This document shows, one piece after another, positions 47,418 through 56,181 of a stretch of DNA of 64,000 nt. Below the pieces are notes generated by a model, which was given only the letters and a program-made list of their open reading frames with translations, had not been told where the DNA came from and did not search any database. Position 1 is the stretch's first letter, and every line of letters begins with the position of its first letter. The DNA lies in assembly GCA_016206785.1 (NCBI GenBank), contig JACQQV010000048.1, positions 1,889 to 65,888 of the forward strand, written 5' to 3'. Made by a program: the position numbers and the translations under genes. The DNA comes from Candidatus Omnitrophota bacterium (lineage in GTDB: Bacteria > Omnitrophota > Gorgyraeia > JACQQV01).

Positions 47418-48385
47418 CCCCTTTTTCCATCATGATTCTTGTTGGTTTCTTTGTCCTCTTGGGAGGATTTTTCGCAGGGAGCGAAACAGCCCTCATTTCT
47501 CTCAACCGCGTTAAACTCCGGCATCTCGCCGAGTCCGGCAACCGGAACGCTCAGGCCATTCAGAAACTTTTGGAGGATCCGGACCAGGTCCTTATCACGA
47601 TGTTGATCGGGACAAACGTTGCCCTCCTTCTCGCCTCCAGCCTTTTTCTTGAGTATTTGGTGAGGCGTGGGACGCCCTTTGCGGAAGGGGTGGCAACGCT
47701 CGTGATCACGCCCCTTTTCCTCCTTTTTGGAGAAATTATCCCCAAGGCCCTTTTTCGACAGCGCGCCCTTTTTTTGATGGAGGGTTTGGCAGGTCCTTTG
47801 AAACTCTCTTTTCGTCTCCTTTTTCCGCTCGCGAAGGTGCTCCGTTTCCTGAACGAGTTTCTGTTACGACTGTTGGGCCAGAAAACCTCCAGTCCTCAAG
47901 GCCTCTTTGTCACGAAGGCAGAATTAAAATACCTCATTCAGGAAAGTGAACAAAGGGGACTGCTGGAGGCCCGTGAGCGCTCCATGATTTACCGTATTTT
48001 TGAATTGGGGGAGAAGAGGGTCAAAAAAGTGATGACCCCCTTGGAAAGAATTGTGACCCTTCCGACTTCTGCCACGATCGCCGAGATGGTGGGGGAGGCA
48101 CGACGAAGCCGTTTTTCTTGGATTCCTGTGTACGAAAAAGAACCTCCTCATTACGTGGGGCTTGTGAGTCTTTTTGACGTCTCCTATGAGGAAAATGTGG
48201 ACAAACCCCTCGCCGCTTTTTTAAGACCGTTGATTTTTGTTTCGGAAGAGATGGCCATTGACGAAGCGCTCGTGACTCTTCAGACCCAGAAGAGTTCCAT
48301 GGCGATTGTGGAGAATGCGGAGAAAGAGAAAGTAGGGCTGGTGACGATTGAAGATCTTCTAAACGAGTTGGTCGGCGGTGTGTAG
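47414..48385 (+). CDS. Second CNNM-family DUF21-CBS protein (shorter paralog)
   Basis: It has the same architecture but lacks the long CorC tail. The start makes an ATGA overlap. Confidence 0.7.
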   Translation: MTPFSIMILVGFFVLLGGFFAGSETALISLNRVKLRHLAESGNRNAQAIQKLLEDPDQVLITMLIGTNVALLLASSLFLEYLVRRGTPFAEGVATLVITPLFLLFGEIIPKALFRQRALFLMEGLAGPLKLSFRLLFPLAKVLRFLNEFLLRLLGQKTSSPQGLFVTKAELKYLIQESEQRGLLEARERSMIYRIFELGEKRVKKVMTPLERIVTLPTSATIAEMVGEARRSRFSWIPVYEKEPPHYVGLVSLFDVSYEENVDKPLAAFLRPLIFVSEEMAIDEALVTLQTQKSSMAIVENAEKEKVGLVTIEDLLNELVGGV

Positions 48386-48452
48386 AAAAAGTTCGTTGAC
48401 AAGAAAAATGAATCTTGGTATCTTACAGGGAGACATCAAAGGAGGTGTTGTA

Positions 48453-48599
48453 ATGGATGCATACTGTGTGAAGTGCAAGGCAAAGAAGCAGATGAAGGAT
48501 GCGCAGAAGGTCACCATGAAGAATGGGCGCGCAGCCATGAAGGGAAAATGTCCTGACTGCGGGACAGGTCTTTATCGTATTATGAGTGGCGGTAAATAG
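48453..48599 (+). CDS. Small zinc-ribbon protein (CxxC...CxxC, 48 aa)
   Basis: The translation is 'MDAYCVKCKAKKQ...KCPDCGTGLYRIM'. The RBS is AAGGAGGTG. Confidence 0.5.
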   Translation: MDAYCVKCKAKKQMKDAQKVTMKNGRAAMKGKCPDCGTGLYRIMSGGK

Positions 48600-48608
48600 G
48601 AAAAGCGG

Positions 48609-48995
48609 ATTCCGGCCATTCGTTCGGACCAAAAAGCACTCCTTATCGCAAAGGCAAGTCTCGCCAAGAAGGCGCACGAAGTGGTGATTTTGGACATGAA
48701 GCCGGTGTCCAATGTCACCGATTTTTTTGTCATCGCAAGCGGTTGGTCAGGCCGCCAAGTGCAAGCGATCGCAGATGGGATTCAGGAGGAGTTGGCCAAG
48801 AAAAAGATCGACCCCTGGCATCGGGAAGGGTACCGAGAAGCGAGCTGGATTGTTTTGGATTACGGTGATGTGATCGCCCATATTTTTTTCCAAGAAAAGA
48901 GGGAATTCTACCAGTTGGAGCGTCTCTGGGCAGAGGCACCCCGAAGCATGCTGACAGAGGAGGCGGGGCGTGTTCACTACCCCAAGAGTCACTGA
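48609..48995 (+). CDS. rsfS: Ribosomal silencing factor RsfS (Iojap family); N-terminus lacks a canonical start codon (ATT at 48609 or 48618 proposed; first canonical start is GTG at 48681)
   Basis: The sequence 'SDQKALLIAKASLAKKAHEVVILDMKPVSNVTDFFVIASGWSGRQVQAIADGI' aligns with the RsfS N-terminal helix and core. That helix lies upstream of the first GTG. Confidence 0.75.
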   Translation: MPAIRSDQKALLIAKASLAKKAHEVVILDMKPVSNVTDFFVIASGWSGRQVQAIADGIQEELAKKKIDPWHREGYREASWIVLDYGDVIAHIFFQEKREFYQLERLWAEAPRSMLTEEAGRVHYPKSH

Positions 48996-49009
48996 AAAAG
49001 CGGAATGCC

Positions 49010-50683
49010 ATGTCCCCCTCGTCCCCCGAACTCAAAGAAACACTCAAAGCACTCCTTAAGCGGAGCGTCGGTTCCACATTCCCCTCCTCGACCGCTTCCA
49101 CCATCCGTCTGGAAATCCCCAAAAGTCGCGAGCATGGCGATTTGACCACCACGATCGCGATGCGAATCGCCTCGATTGAAAAAAGGGAAGCGAGCGAGGT
49201 GGCCCGTCGGATCGTCTCTTCGTTGCGAATGCTTCTTAAAGAAAATAACCTTGAAAGTACAATTCCTAAAATTGAAGTGCGACCGCCCGGCTTCATCAAT
49301 TTTTTTCTGAGTGAGACCCAACACCGGAATATCTTGGTCGAGATTATCAAAAGCCCCGACTACGGGGCCTCCTCTGTTGGAAGGGGGACGAAAGTTCAGA
49401 TTGAATTTGTGAGTGCCAATCCCACAGGTCCTTTGAGTGTTGCCCATGGCCGACAGGCGGCTGTCGGAGATACCCTCGCACGCATCCTTCAGTTCTGTGG
49501 CTATGAAGTCTCTCGGGAATATTATGTCAATGACGTCGGAAATCAGATCGTTCTATTGGGAAGGTCGCTTTATCTCCGTTACAGGGAGCTCTTCGGGGAA
49601 AGGATTGAAATTCCGGAGGGGGGATATCGCGGAAAGTACCTCGTTTCTCTCGCGAAAGAGATTCAGGAAAAAGAAGGAGACCGGTATCTCAAAGAGACAG
49701 ACACAACCCTTTCTTTTTTTGAGCGATACGCCACCGAGAAGATCCTTGCAGCGATCCAACACGATCTTGAAGCATTCGGAGTCCGTTTCGATCACTTTAC
49801 GGTTGAATCAGAACTCCGCGCCGAAGGGAAGGTGGAGGAGACGCTGGATCTCTTAAGGCAGAAAGGGCTTCTCTTTGAATCAGAAGGGGCCACGTGGTTT
49901 CGCTCGACTGCTTTGGGCGATGACAAGGATCGCGTGGTGATTAAGTCGGACGGTTCCCTCACCTATCTGGCACCGGACATCGCCTACCACCGTGAAAAGT
50001 TCAAGGATGGTTTTCAACGACTGATCAACCTCTGGGGACCGGACCATCATGGGTATATCGGTCGCCTCCGCGCCGCCGTGTCGGCCCTCGGTCATGGCCA
50101 AGAGACCCTCTCCATCCTTATTCTGCAACTCGCCACCCTCTACCGAGATGGAGTGGTTGTTCCGATGTCGACGCGGATGGGAGAGTTTATCACCCTTCGG
50201 GAGGTGATGGAAGAAGTGGGCCTTGACGCGGCCCGTTTCTTTTTCCTCATGAAGAAACTTTCTTCCCACCTCGATTTTGACCTTGCGCTGGCAAAGAAAC
50301 AGTCGCTTGAAAATCCTGTGTACACCATTCAATACGCCCATGCCCGCATCTCCAATATTATCGCCTTTGGGAAGATTGGCGAGGTCCGGCCGGAAGAGGT
50401 AGCCTATGATCTTCTTAAGCATCCGGAGGAATTAGAGCTTTTAAAACAGCTGAGAGTTTTTCCAGAGACGATCTCCTCCTGCGCAAGATCGTTGGAGCCG
50501 GCCACCCTTGTCTTTTATCTTCAAAAGCTCGCAGGCTCCTTCCACAGTTTTTACCAAAAACACCGCGTCATCACGGAGGATCTCCCTTTAAGCCGTGCCC
50601 GAACGCTTTTGGTCCTATGCATACAACAGGTATTGGCTCGGGGCCTCTCTCTTCTGGGAGTCTCGGCGCCCGACAAGATGTAA
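49010..50683 (+). CDS. argS: Arginine--tRNA ligase
   Basis: The HIGH-type motif region has 'SANPTGPLSVAHGR'. The C-terminal anticodon-binding DALR domain is present. Confidence 0.9.
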   Translation: MSPSSPELKETLKALLKRSVGSTFPSSTASTIRLEIPKSREHGDLTTTIAMRIASIEKREASEVARRIVSSLRMLLKENNLESTIPKIEVRPPGFINFFLSETQHRNILVEIIKSPDYGASSVGRGTKVQIEFVSANPTGPLSVAHGRQAAVGDTLARILQFCGYEVSREYYVNDVGNQIVLLGRSLYLRYRELFGERIEIPEGGYRGKYLVSLAKEIQEKEGDRYLKETDTTLSFFERYATEKILAAIQHDLEAFGVRFDHFTVESELRAEGKVEETLDLLRQKGLLFESEGATWFRSTALGDDKDRVVIKSDGSLTYLAPDIAYHREKFKDGFQRLINLWGPDHHGYIGRLRAAVSALGHGQETLSILILQLATLYRDGVVVPMSTRMGEFITLREVMEEVGLDAARFFFLMKKLSSHLDFDLALAKKQSLENPVYTIQYAHARISNIIAFGKIGEVRPEEVAYDLLKHPEELELLKQLRVFPETISSCARSLEPATLVFYLQKLAGSFHSFYQKHRVITEDLPLSRARTLLVLCIQQVLARGLSLLGVSAPDKM

Positions 50684-52587
50684 AACGGCCCTTTGAGGCT
50701 GTGACCCTTTACCGGGGGGAACGTTATTCCCGGGAGTCCCTTCTTAAGACACTCACCCGTTTTGGATATGAGCGATGTGAGCGTCTGGGAGAGGTAGGGG
50801 ATTTTTCTATTCGTGGGGAGTCGATAGAGATTTACCCGTTCTCCTTTGAGGATCCTCTCCAGATCGTCTTTGAAGGGGATCGGATCGAATCGATTCGCGG
50901 CTTCCGCATTCTGGATCATGAGGCGCTCGAAGAACATCCTTTTCTGATCCTTCTCCCTGTGAAGAATTATCCACGCCCTTCATTTCCCCCTACCCCTTAT
51001 CGACAAGAGATTCCCCTTCAGGAAGTCGTTGATCTCGAAGAGGGGGATTATGCCGTACACCTCGAATATGGCATTGGGCGTTACCGGGGTCTTGAAAAGC
51101 TCAACACGGAAAAGGGGGCTCAAGACCATCTGGTCTTGGAGTATGCGGAGGGGGACAGACTCTATGTGCCTTGTGAGAACCTTCCTTTGGTCCAGCGCTA
51201 TATCGGCCTCGGGGGCCGCTCTCCAAAACTCCACCGACTCGGCTCCAAGGCCTGGCAAAAGACCAAGGAGAACTCTGAAAAAGGGATCACCCGCTATGCC
51301 CGCGAGCTTTTGGAACTTCAGGCCAAGCGGGCCACGCGGGAAGGGTATGCCTTTTCCAAAGACACCGACTGGCAGGAGGAGTTTGAACGTTCCTTTCCTT
51401 TTCGCGAAACAAAAGATCAGACCCGTTCAACGATTGAAGTGAAAGAGGACATGGAACGCCCCAAGCCGATGGACCGTCTTCTCTGCGGGGATGTAGGATA
51501 TGGGAAGACAGAGGTGGCCCTCCGTACCGCCTTTAAGGCGGTTTTGGATGATAAACAGGTGGCGATGCTGGTTCCGACCACGATCCTCGCGGAACAGCAC
51601 TTTCGAACCTTTTCACAGCGGATGGCCCCTTATCCTATTCACATTGAAATGCTTTCCCGCTTTCGATCCCAAAAAGAGGTGGAAGGGGTTCTGAAAGGCA
51701 TCCATGAGGGGAGTGTGGATATTGTCATCGGGACCCACATGCTTTTTTCTCAAAAAATCCATTTCAGGGATCTAGGACTTGTGATCATCGACGAGGAACA
51801 GCGGTTCGGCGTCCGACACAAAGAGCGTCTCAAGCGGTTCCGCCTTGAAGTGGATGTGCTGACACTCACCGCGACCCCCATTCCCAGAACCCTCTATCTT
51901 TCCCTCATGGGGGCGAAGGAGATGTCAGTCATCAACACCCCGCCGGAGGACCGGCGTCCGGTAGAGACGGTTCTCACCGATTACGATGAGGCGCTTATTC
52001 AGCAGGCGAGCTTAAGGGAGCTTAAACGACGGGGGCAAATCTATTTTGTCACTCACCGTGTGAAAGGGATTGAAAGAATTCGGGACCGATTACAAGAACT
52101 TCTTCCGTCCGCACGGATGGGTCTGTGCCATGGGCAGATGCCGGAACATTCATTGGAGCGGGTGATGCAGGACTTCATCGATCATCGATTGGATCTTCTG
52201 GTCTCCACCAATATCATCGAATCGGGAATCGATATCCCGAACGTCAACACCCTTTTTGTGAACCGTGCCGATCTTTTTGGGATGGCAGACCTTTATCAAC
52301 TCAGGGGTCGGATCGGCCGGTTTAAGGAGACCGGCTACGCCTATTTTTTTGTCCCGAAAGGTTTTTTTCCCACCGAGGAGGGGAAGGCGCGGCTTTCGGC
52401 GATCCGGCGGTTTACCGCACTCGGTTCGGGATTTAAAATTGCCATGCGGGACTTGGAAATCCGGGGAGCCGGAAATGTCCTTGGGTTAGAACAACATGGC
52501 TTCATTCAGGCGATCGGTTTTGACCTTTACCTACGTCTTCTTCGGGAGACGATCACCCACTGTCAGGCGGGAGCATCCTCTTCATGA
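50617..52587 (+). CDS. mfd: Transcription-repair coupling factor Mfd, compact form (about 630-656 aa) lacking most of the N-terminal UvrB-homology module
   Basis: The RNAP-interacting domain has '[16 protein letters not shown]...[16 protein letters not shown]'. The helicase motif I is '[12 protein letters not shown]', with motifs II-VI following. The start is uncertain; a GTG at 50701 is an alternative. Confidence 0.8.
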   Translation: MHTTGIGSGPLSSGSLGARQDVKRPFEAVTLYRGERYSRESLLKTLTRFGYERCERLGEVGDFSIRGESIEIYPFSFEDPLQIVFEGDRIESIRGFRILDHEALEEHPFLILLPVKNYPRPSFPPTPYRQEIPLQEVVDLEEGDYAVHLEYGIGRYRGLEKLNTEKGAQDHLVLEYAEGDRLYVPCENLPLVQRYIGLGGRSPKLHRLGSKAWQKTKENSEKGITRYARELLELQAKRATREGYAFSKDTDWQEEFERSFPFRETKDQTRSTIEVKEDMERPKPMDRLLCGDVGYGKTEVALRTAFKAVLDDKQVAMLVPTTILAEQHFRTFSQRMAPYPIHIEMLSRFRSQKEVEGVLKGIHEGSVDIVIGTHMLFSQKIHFRDLGLVIIDEEQRFGVRHKERLKRFRLEVDVLTLTATPIPRTLYLSLMGAKEMSVINTPPEDRRPVETVLTDYDEALIQQASLRELKRRGQIYFVTHRVKGIERIRDRLQELLPSARMGLCHGQMPEHSLERVMQDFIDHRLDLLVSTNIIESGIDIPNVNTLFVNRADLFGMADLYQLRGRIGRFKETGYAYFFVPKGFFPTEEGKARLSAIRRFTALGSGFKIAMRDLEIRGAGNVLGLEQHGFIQAIGFDLYLRLLRETITHCQAGASSS

Positions 52588-53519
52588 AAAAGATGGGCAT
52601 TGCCTTTTTCGTTTTTTACTGTGGGATGCTCGGAGGTGTTCCTTTTCTCTTCGCCACAACCGTTGGGAAAATTGTTGCCATTGTGAATGACGAGGTCATT
52701 ACCCAGCAAGAAGTCGATGAAGCGGTTCTCACGCTTCCCCCCGGAGACTCTCTACAGGGGGAACTCCGCCGTCAAAAGGTCTTGAATCGCCTCATCGAGG
52801 ACAAACTGATCTTGCAGAAGGCGAAGCAGGGTGGGGTGCTGATCAGTCCGGGAGAGTTGGAAGAGGTCATCAAGAAAGTCAAAAATCGGTTTTCCTCTGA
52901 AGAGGCGTTTGAAAAGACCCTCCTGGATTCAAATCTCTCTTATAAAGAATTTGAAAAGCAGCATGAGAAACAGCTCCTCATCAAGAAAATGGTGACCGCG
53001 GAAGTAAGGGCGAAAAGCACCGTTTCCCCCCGGGAGATGGAAGAATACTACAAGGCCCACGGGGATGAGTTTCAGAGTCCGGAGGCATGGAGACTCTCCA
53101 ATATTTTGATCCGGAAGGGATCCTCGTTAAGGACGGACGAGGCGGCAAGGCAGTTGGCCAAGAACCTCCTTAAAAGAATTCGGAAAGGGGAAGATTTCGC
53201 CGCCTTGGTCAGAGGTTACTCCGAGGGTCCGCGCAGGGAAGAAGGGGGAGAACTCGGATTTGTGGAGCGAGGGAAACTCTTAAAGGAGATTGAAGCATCA
53301 CTCCTTCCTCTTCGGCCGGGGGAGGTCTCCTATGTGATCGAAACGCCGGTGGGGTATCATCTCTTTCGCATCGAAGAAAAGCGAAAGGGGAAAAAGCAGG
53401 ACTACAAAGAGGTAAAGGGGAAGATTCGTGATTTTCTTCTCCAAGAAAAGATTAAAAAGCGCTATGGGGAATGGATTTCGCAACTTAAAAAGGAAGCCTA
53501 CATTAAACAGGGCGAGTAG
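52584..53519 (+). CDS. SurA/PpiC-type peptidyl-prolyl isomerase (parvulin)
   Basis: A signal/transmembrane N-terminus is followed by a SurA_N-like region. The parvulin motif is 'FAALVRGYSEGP...GGELGF...GYHLFRIEE'. Confidence 0.75.
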   Translation: MKKMGIAFFVFYCGMLGGVPFLFATTVGKIVAIVNDEVITQQEVDEAVLTLPPGDSLQGELRRQKVLNRLIEDKLILQKAKQGGVLISPGELEEVIKKVKNRFSSEEAFEKTLLDSNLSYKEFEKQHEKQLLIKKMVTAEVRAKSTVSPREMEEYYKAHGDEFQSPEAWRLSNILIRKGSSLRTDEAARQLAKNLLKRIRKGEDFAALVRGYSEGPRREEGGELGFVERGKLLKEIEASLLPLRPGEVSYVIETPVGYHLFRIEEKRKGKKQDYKEVKGKIRDFLLQEKIKKRYGEWISQLKKEAYIKQGE

Positions 53520-54486
53520 TAGAACCGCGTTCATTACGGTGGGAGACCCGGGCGGGATAGGCGGAGAGATTGTTCTCAAAGCCCTTCAGGTCCCACGCCT
53601 CCGGAAACAGGGACGCTTCGTCGTCCTCGGGACAAAGACCGTATTTGACACGACGGAAGATCTCACGGGTCTCCGCTGGCCCAAGGAGGTCTTGTTGGTG
53701 AACCTTGGCAACGTGAAGGAGAAGCGTTTCTCCTTTGGAAAGGTTTCCGCTTTGAACGGCCGCGCCGCTTTTGAATATATTCAGGAAGCGGTTCGTCTTC
53801 TGAAAAATGAGAAAAAGGGGATTCTGGTAACGGCCCCCATCCACAAGGAATCTCTTCAAAAAGCGGGACTCCATTGGCCCGGCCATACAGAGATGCTTCA
53901 AGATTTAACAGGATCTAAAAAGGTCAACATGATGTTTGTGGGGAGACACTTTCGCATTTCATTCGTCACATGGCACCTTTCCATGAAAGAACTCTCCTCG
54001 GCACTTTCCTCAACAAAAGTTTTGGATGCCATCCTTTTCCTGAACGATGCGCTCCACCGCTATTTTTCAAAAAAAAGACCTCATCTTGCCGTCTGCGCCC
54101 TCAATCCCCATGCAGGCGAGGGAGGACTTTTTGGAGATGAAGAAAAAAGGGTCATCGCGCCAGCGCTTCTTAAGGCGAGAAAACAGGGAATCTGGGTGGA
54201 AGGACCGCTTCCTGCGGACAGTCTCTTTTATAACGCGTATCGCGGCGCTTATGATGGCGTTGTCGCGATGTATCATGACCAGGGACTCATCCCTTTCAAA
54301 ATGATTGAGCGGGAGTTTGGTGTGAATGTGACGCTCGGACTTCCTTTTATACGGACCTCTCCGGATCATGGGACCGCTTTTGACATCGCCGGGAAAAACA
54401 GGGCAGATCCTCGTTCAATGATCGAAGCGATTCTTTTGGGCCATGAAATGGCCCAAAACATAAGGAGGGTCAGGTCAAGGTGTTGA
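53464..54486 (+). CDS. pdxA: 4-hydroxythreonine-4-phosphate dehydrogenase PdxA
   Basis: The motifs 'AFITVGDPGGIGGEIVLKAL', 'HWPGHTE' and 'ALNPHAGEGG' were seen. The start is uncertain (53428 or 53464). Confidence 0.85.
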   Translation: MGNGFRNLKRKPTLNRASSRTAFITVGDPGGIGGEIVLKALQVPRLRKQGRFVVLGTKTVFDTTEDLTGLRWPKEVLLVNLGNVKEKRFSFGKVSALNGRAAFEYIQEAVRLLKNEKKGILVTAPIHKESLQKAGLHWPGHTEMLQDLTGSKKVNMMFVGRHFRISFVTWHLSMKELSSALSSTKVLDAILFLNDALHRYFSKKRPHLAVCALNPHAGEGGLFGDEEKRVIAPALLKARKQGIWVEGPLPADSLFYNAYRGAYDGVVAMYHDQGLIPFKMIEREFGVNVTLGLPFIRTSPDHGTAFDIAGKNRADPRSMIEAILLGHEMAQNIRRVRSRC

Positions 54487-54559
54487 GGCGGTTAAGGGCG
54501 CTAGGGAAGGTTTTGACAGACTCAAGAGGATATGGTAAATTTGAAGGTGCGAGGTCGAT

Positions 54560-54769
54560 ATGATCCTTGAGATTAAAACTCTTAAACGAAAATATCACGG
54601 GTATTGGCTAGCCATTAAGGTAACGAAACGGGGCTCTCACAAAGAACCGTTGGCCGGAAGCCTTGTCGCTAAGGCCAAAACGCATCACCAACTGCATCGT
54701 CTCCTCAAAGACCCAAATGTCTATGAAACGTATGCAGGAAAAATCCCTCAGACAGCGGTCCTTTATTGA
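54560..54769 (+). CDS. Small hypothetical protein, DUF5678-like ('KYHGYWLAIK' motif)
   Basis: The 69-aa ORF contains 'MILEIKTLKRKYHGYWLAIKV...'. The family assignment rests on memory of the motif only. Confidence 0.4.
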   Translation: MILEIKTLKRKYHGYWLAIKVTKRGSHKEPLAGSLVAKAKTHHQLHRLLKDPNVYETYAGKIPQTAVLY

Positions 54770-54779
54770 AAGTTCGCTA

Positions 54780-54950
54780 TTCCCTTACCATTCCCCGCCC
54801 ATTATCCCCGTACGCTTCAAAGGCCCAAGAGGAACTAAAGAGGTTGATGCGCTGATCGATACCGGCGCCAGTTACGTGATTCTATCCTGGAAAGACGCTC
54901 TCCACTTGGGATACAATCCAAAACTCTCCTTGGCAACTGTCCAGTTTTAG
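54780..54950 (+). pseudogene. Truncated retropepsin-like (clan AA) aspartic protease fragment
   Basis: The sequence 'IPVRFKGPRGTKEVDALIDTGASYVILSWKDALHLG' has a D-T-G-A active-site motif. There is no start codon, the ORF ends about 40 aa after DTG, and it overlaps the upstream ORF. Confidence 0.45.
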
Positions 54951-55089
54951 GGGGGAAGGTCAAACGGACTGCCAACAGGCGCTGGAGGAAAAAGGTAAAA
55001 GTTGCTCTGAAAAAAGACAATGGGGTTTTACCGGAAGTTCGCGAGGTCTCCAATGTATGGAATTTTGCGAAAGATGGGAAGACCTATAG

Positions 55090-55257
55090 TGCAAAAAACT
55101 CTCCTTGGAGAAAAAAGGCAATTCGAAAATAAGAAGACCTTGCGGAATTCTTTGCGCGCGAAACCTCCAATTCGAAGAGGCCGCGTATCTCCGCGACCAG
55201 ATTAAAGAACTGGAACAGCATTATGGAAAAGCCACCGAGCGTCAGAGCAGGGACTAA
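55090..55257 (+). pseudogene. Short UVR-motif fragment (UvrB/UvrC C-terminal-like 'ARNLQFEEAAYLRDQIKELEQ'), probably a gene remnant
   Basis: The open frame has no ATG; a TTG lies at 55105. Confidence 0.3.
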
Positions 55258-55345
55258 GTCCCTTTTCGCCTTAGACTTTCCCCCGGGGAAGGCGGGACTT
55301 AGTCCCGCCTTTAAAAGGGAAGGGTCTGACCGTGACTGGGACTCG
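55250..55345 (+). repeat. Composite palindromic repeat, locus 2: GGGACTAAGTCCC-TTTTCGCCTTAGAC ... GGGACTTAGTCCC ... GGGACTCGGTCCC
   Basis: It shares a 28-bp core with the element at 41437-41515. Three GGGACTNNGTCCC palindromes are present. Confidence 0.6.
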
Positions 55346-55639
55346 GTCCCAAGATAAAAGATCCGGAACCGGACTGGTTTATAGATCAGGATATCCAAAA
55401 AGAAATAGAGGAATTCGCAAAAACTCACAAGGATTATGAAAAATATAGGCCTGAAATGTATAAAATATCGCTGGAGCCAGGAAATGAAAATTTAAGCTTG
55501 CAGGAACTCTATGATAAAGCTAAGGAAAGAGTTGGAACGGAGGGCCTGGAATGACATAAAAGGGATAGCCCCTTGACAAAGGCCCAAATCCATGGTATCC
55601 TTACTTCTGGATAGTAAAGAAATAGGGAGGTCAAGCGAT

Positions 55640-55900
55640 ATGGATCCTGTCATTGCGCCCATCTCAAGCAAAGGCCAAGTCACGATTCCCGCCCAAATCA
55701 GAAAGATCTTGCATCTTACTCGTACAGGAGATCTGTTGGGATTTATTCCTGTCAAGGAAGGCGTGCTGATGAAACATTTGGAAATCAGAGAAGAAGATTT
55801 TTCCGAAGAGGAGTGGGATAAGCTGGAAAAGTTGGCCAATCGAAAAGGGAAATCCTACAAAGACGCGAAGACTTTCTTAAGCGCCCTCAAGAAACTCTGA
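55640..55900 (+). CDS. AbrB/MazE/SpoVT-type antitoxin
   Basis: The sequence 'ISSKGQVTIPAQIRKILHLTRTGDLL' is a swapped-hairpin DNA-binding domain. The RBS is AGGGAGG. Confidence 0.65.
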   Translation: MDPVIAPISSKGQVTIPAQIRKILHLTRTGDLLGFIPVKEGVLMKHLEIREEDFSEEEWDKLEKLANRKGKSYKDAKTFLSALKKL

Positions 55901-56176
55901 ATGAAGTATCACACTAAGCCTTCCTTTGAGAGGACGATCAAGGGGCTTCACTCTGAGAGAAGGGCAAAAGTCAAAGAAGCGATTCAGGCGTTGGTCATAT
56001 TTTTTGAAACGGGACAGCGCACCGAGGGTTTGGGTCTCAAGAAACTGAAGCGAGAGTTTTGGGAAATAAGGACAGACCTGAGGGACAGGATTTTATTCAG
56101 GGCGAGGCATGATGTCATAGAGTTTGTCCTCTGCGGTAACCATGATGAAATAAGGCGGTACCTTAAAAATATCTGA
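55901..56176 (+). CDS. RelE/ParE-superfamily toxin
   Basis: The sequence 'FWEIRTDLRDRILFRARHDVIEFVLCGNHDE' gives the RelE-like fold pattern. It follows the antitoxin stop directly. Confidence 0.6.
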   Translation: MKYHTKPSFERTIKGLHSERRAKVKEAIQALVIFFETGQRTEGLGLKKLKREFWEIRTDLRDRILFRARHDVIEFVLCGNHDEIRRYLKNI

Positions 56177-56181
56177 GATTT

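Noticed and set aside
48378-48599. Full 73-aa ORF from 48378 as the zinc-ribbon protein
   Set aside because: The N-terminal 25 residues lack an RBS and overlap the CNNM gene end. The ATG at 48453 has a strong AAGGAGGTG RBS and begins right at the zinc ribbon.
55020-55205. 61-aa ORF 'MGFYRKFARSPMYGILRKMG...' as a real gene
   Set aside because: It has no recognisable domain. It overlaps, in another frame, the UVR-motif remnant, which has a clearer homology signal. It is probably a chance ORF in degraded sequence.
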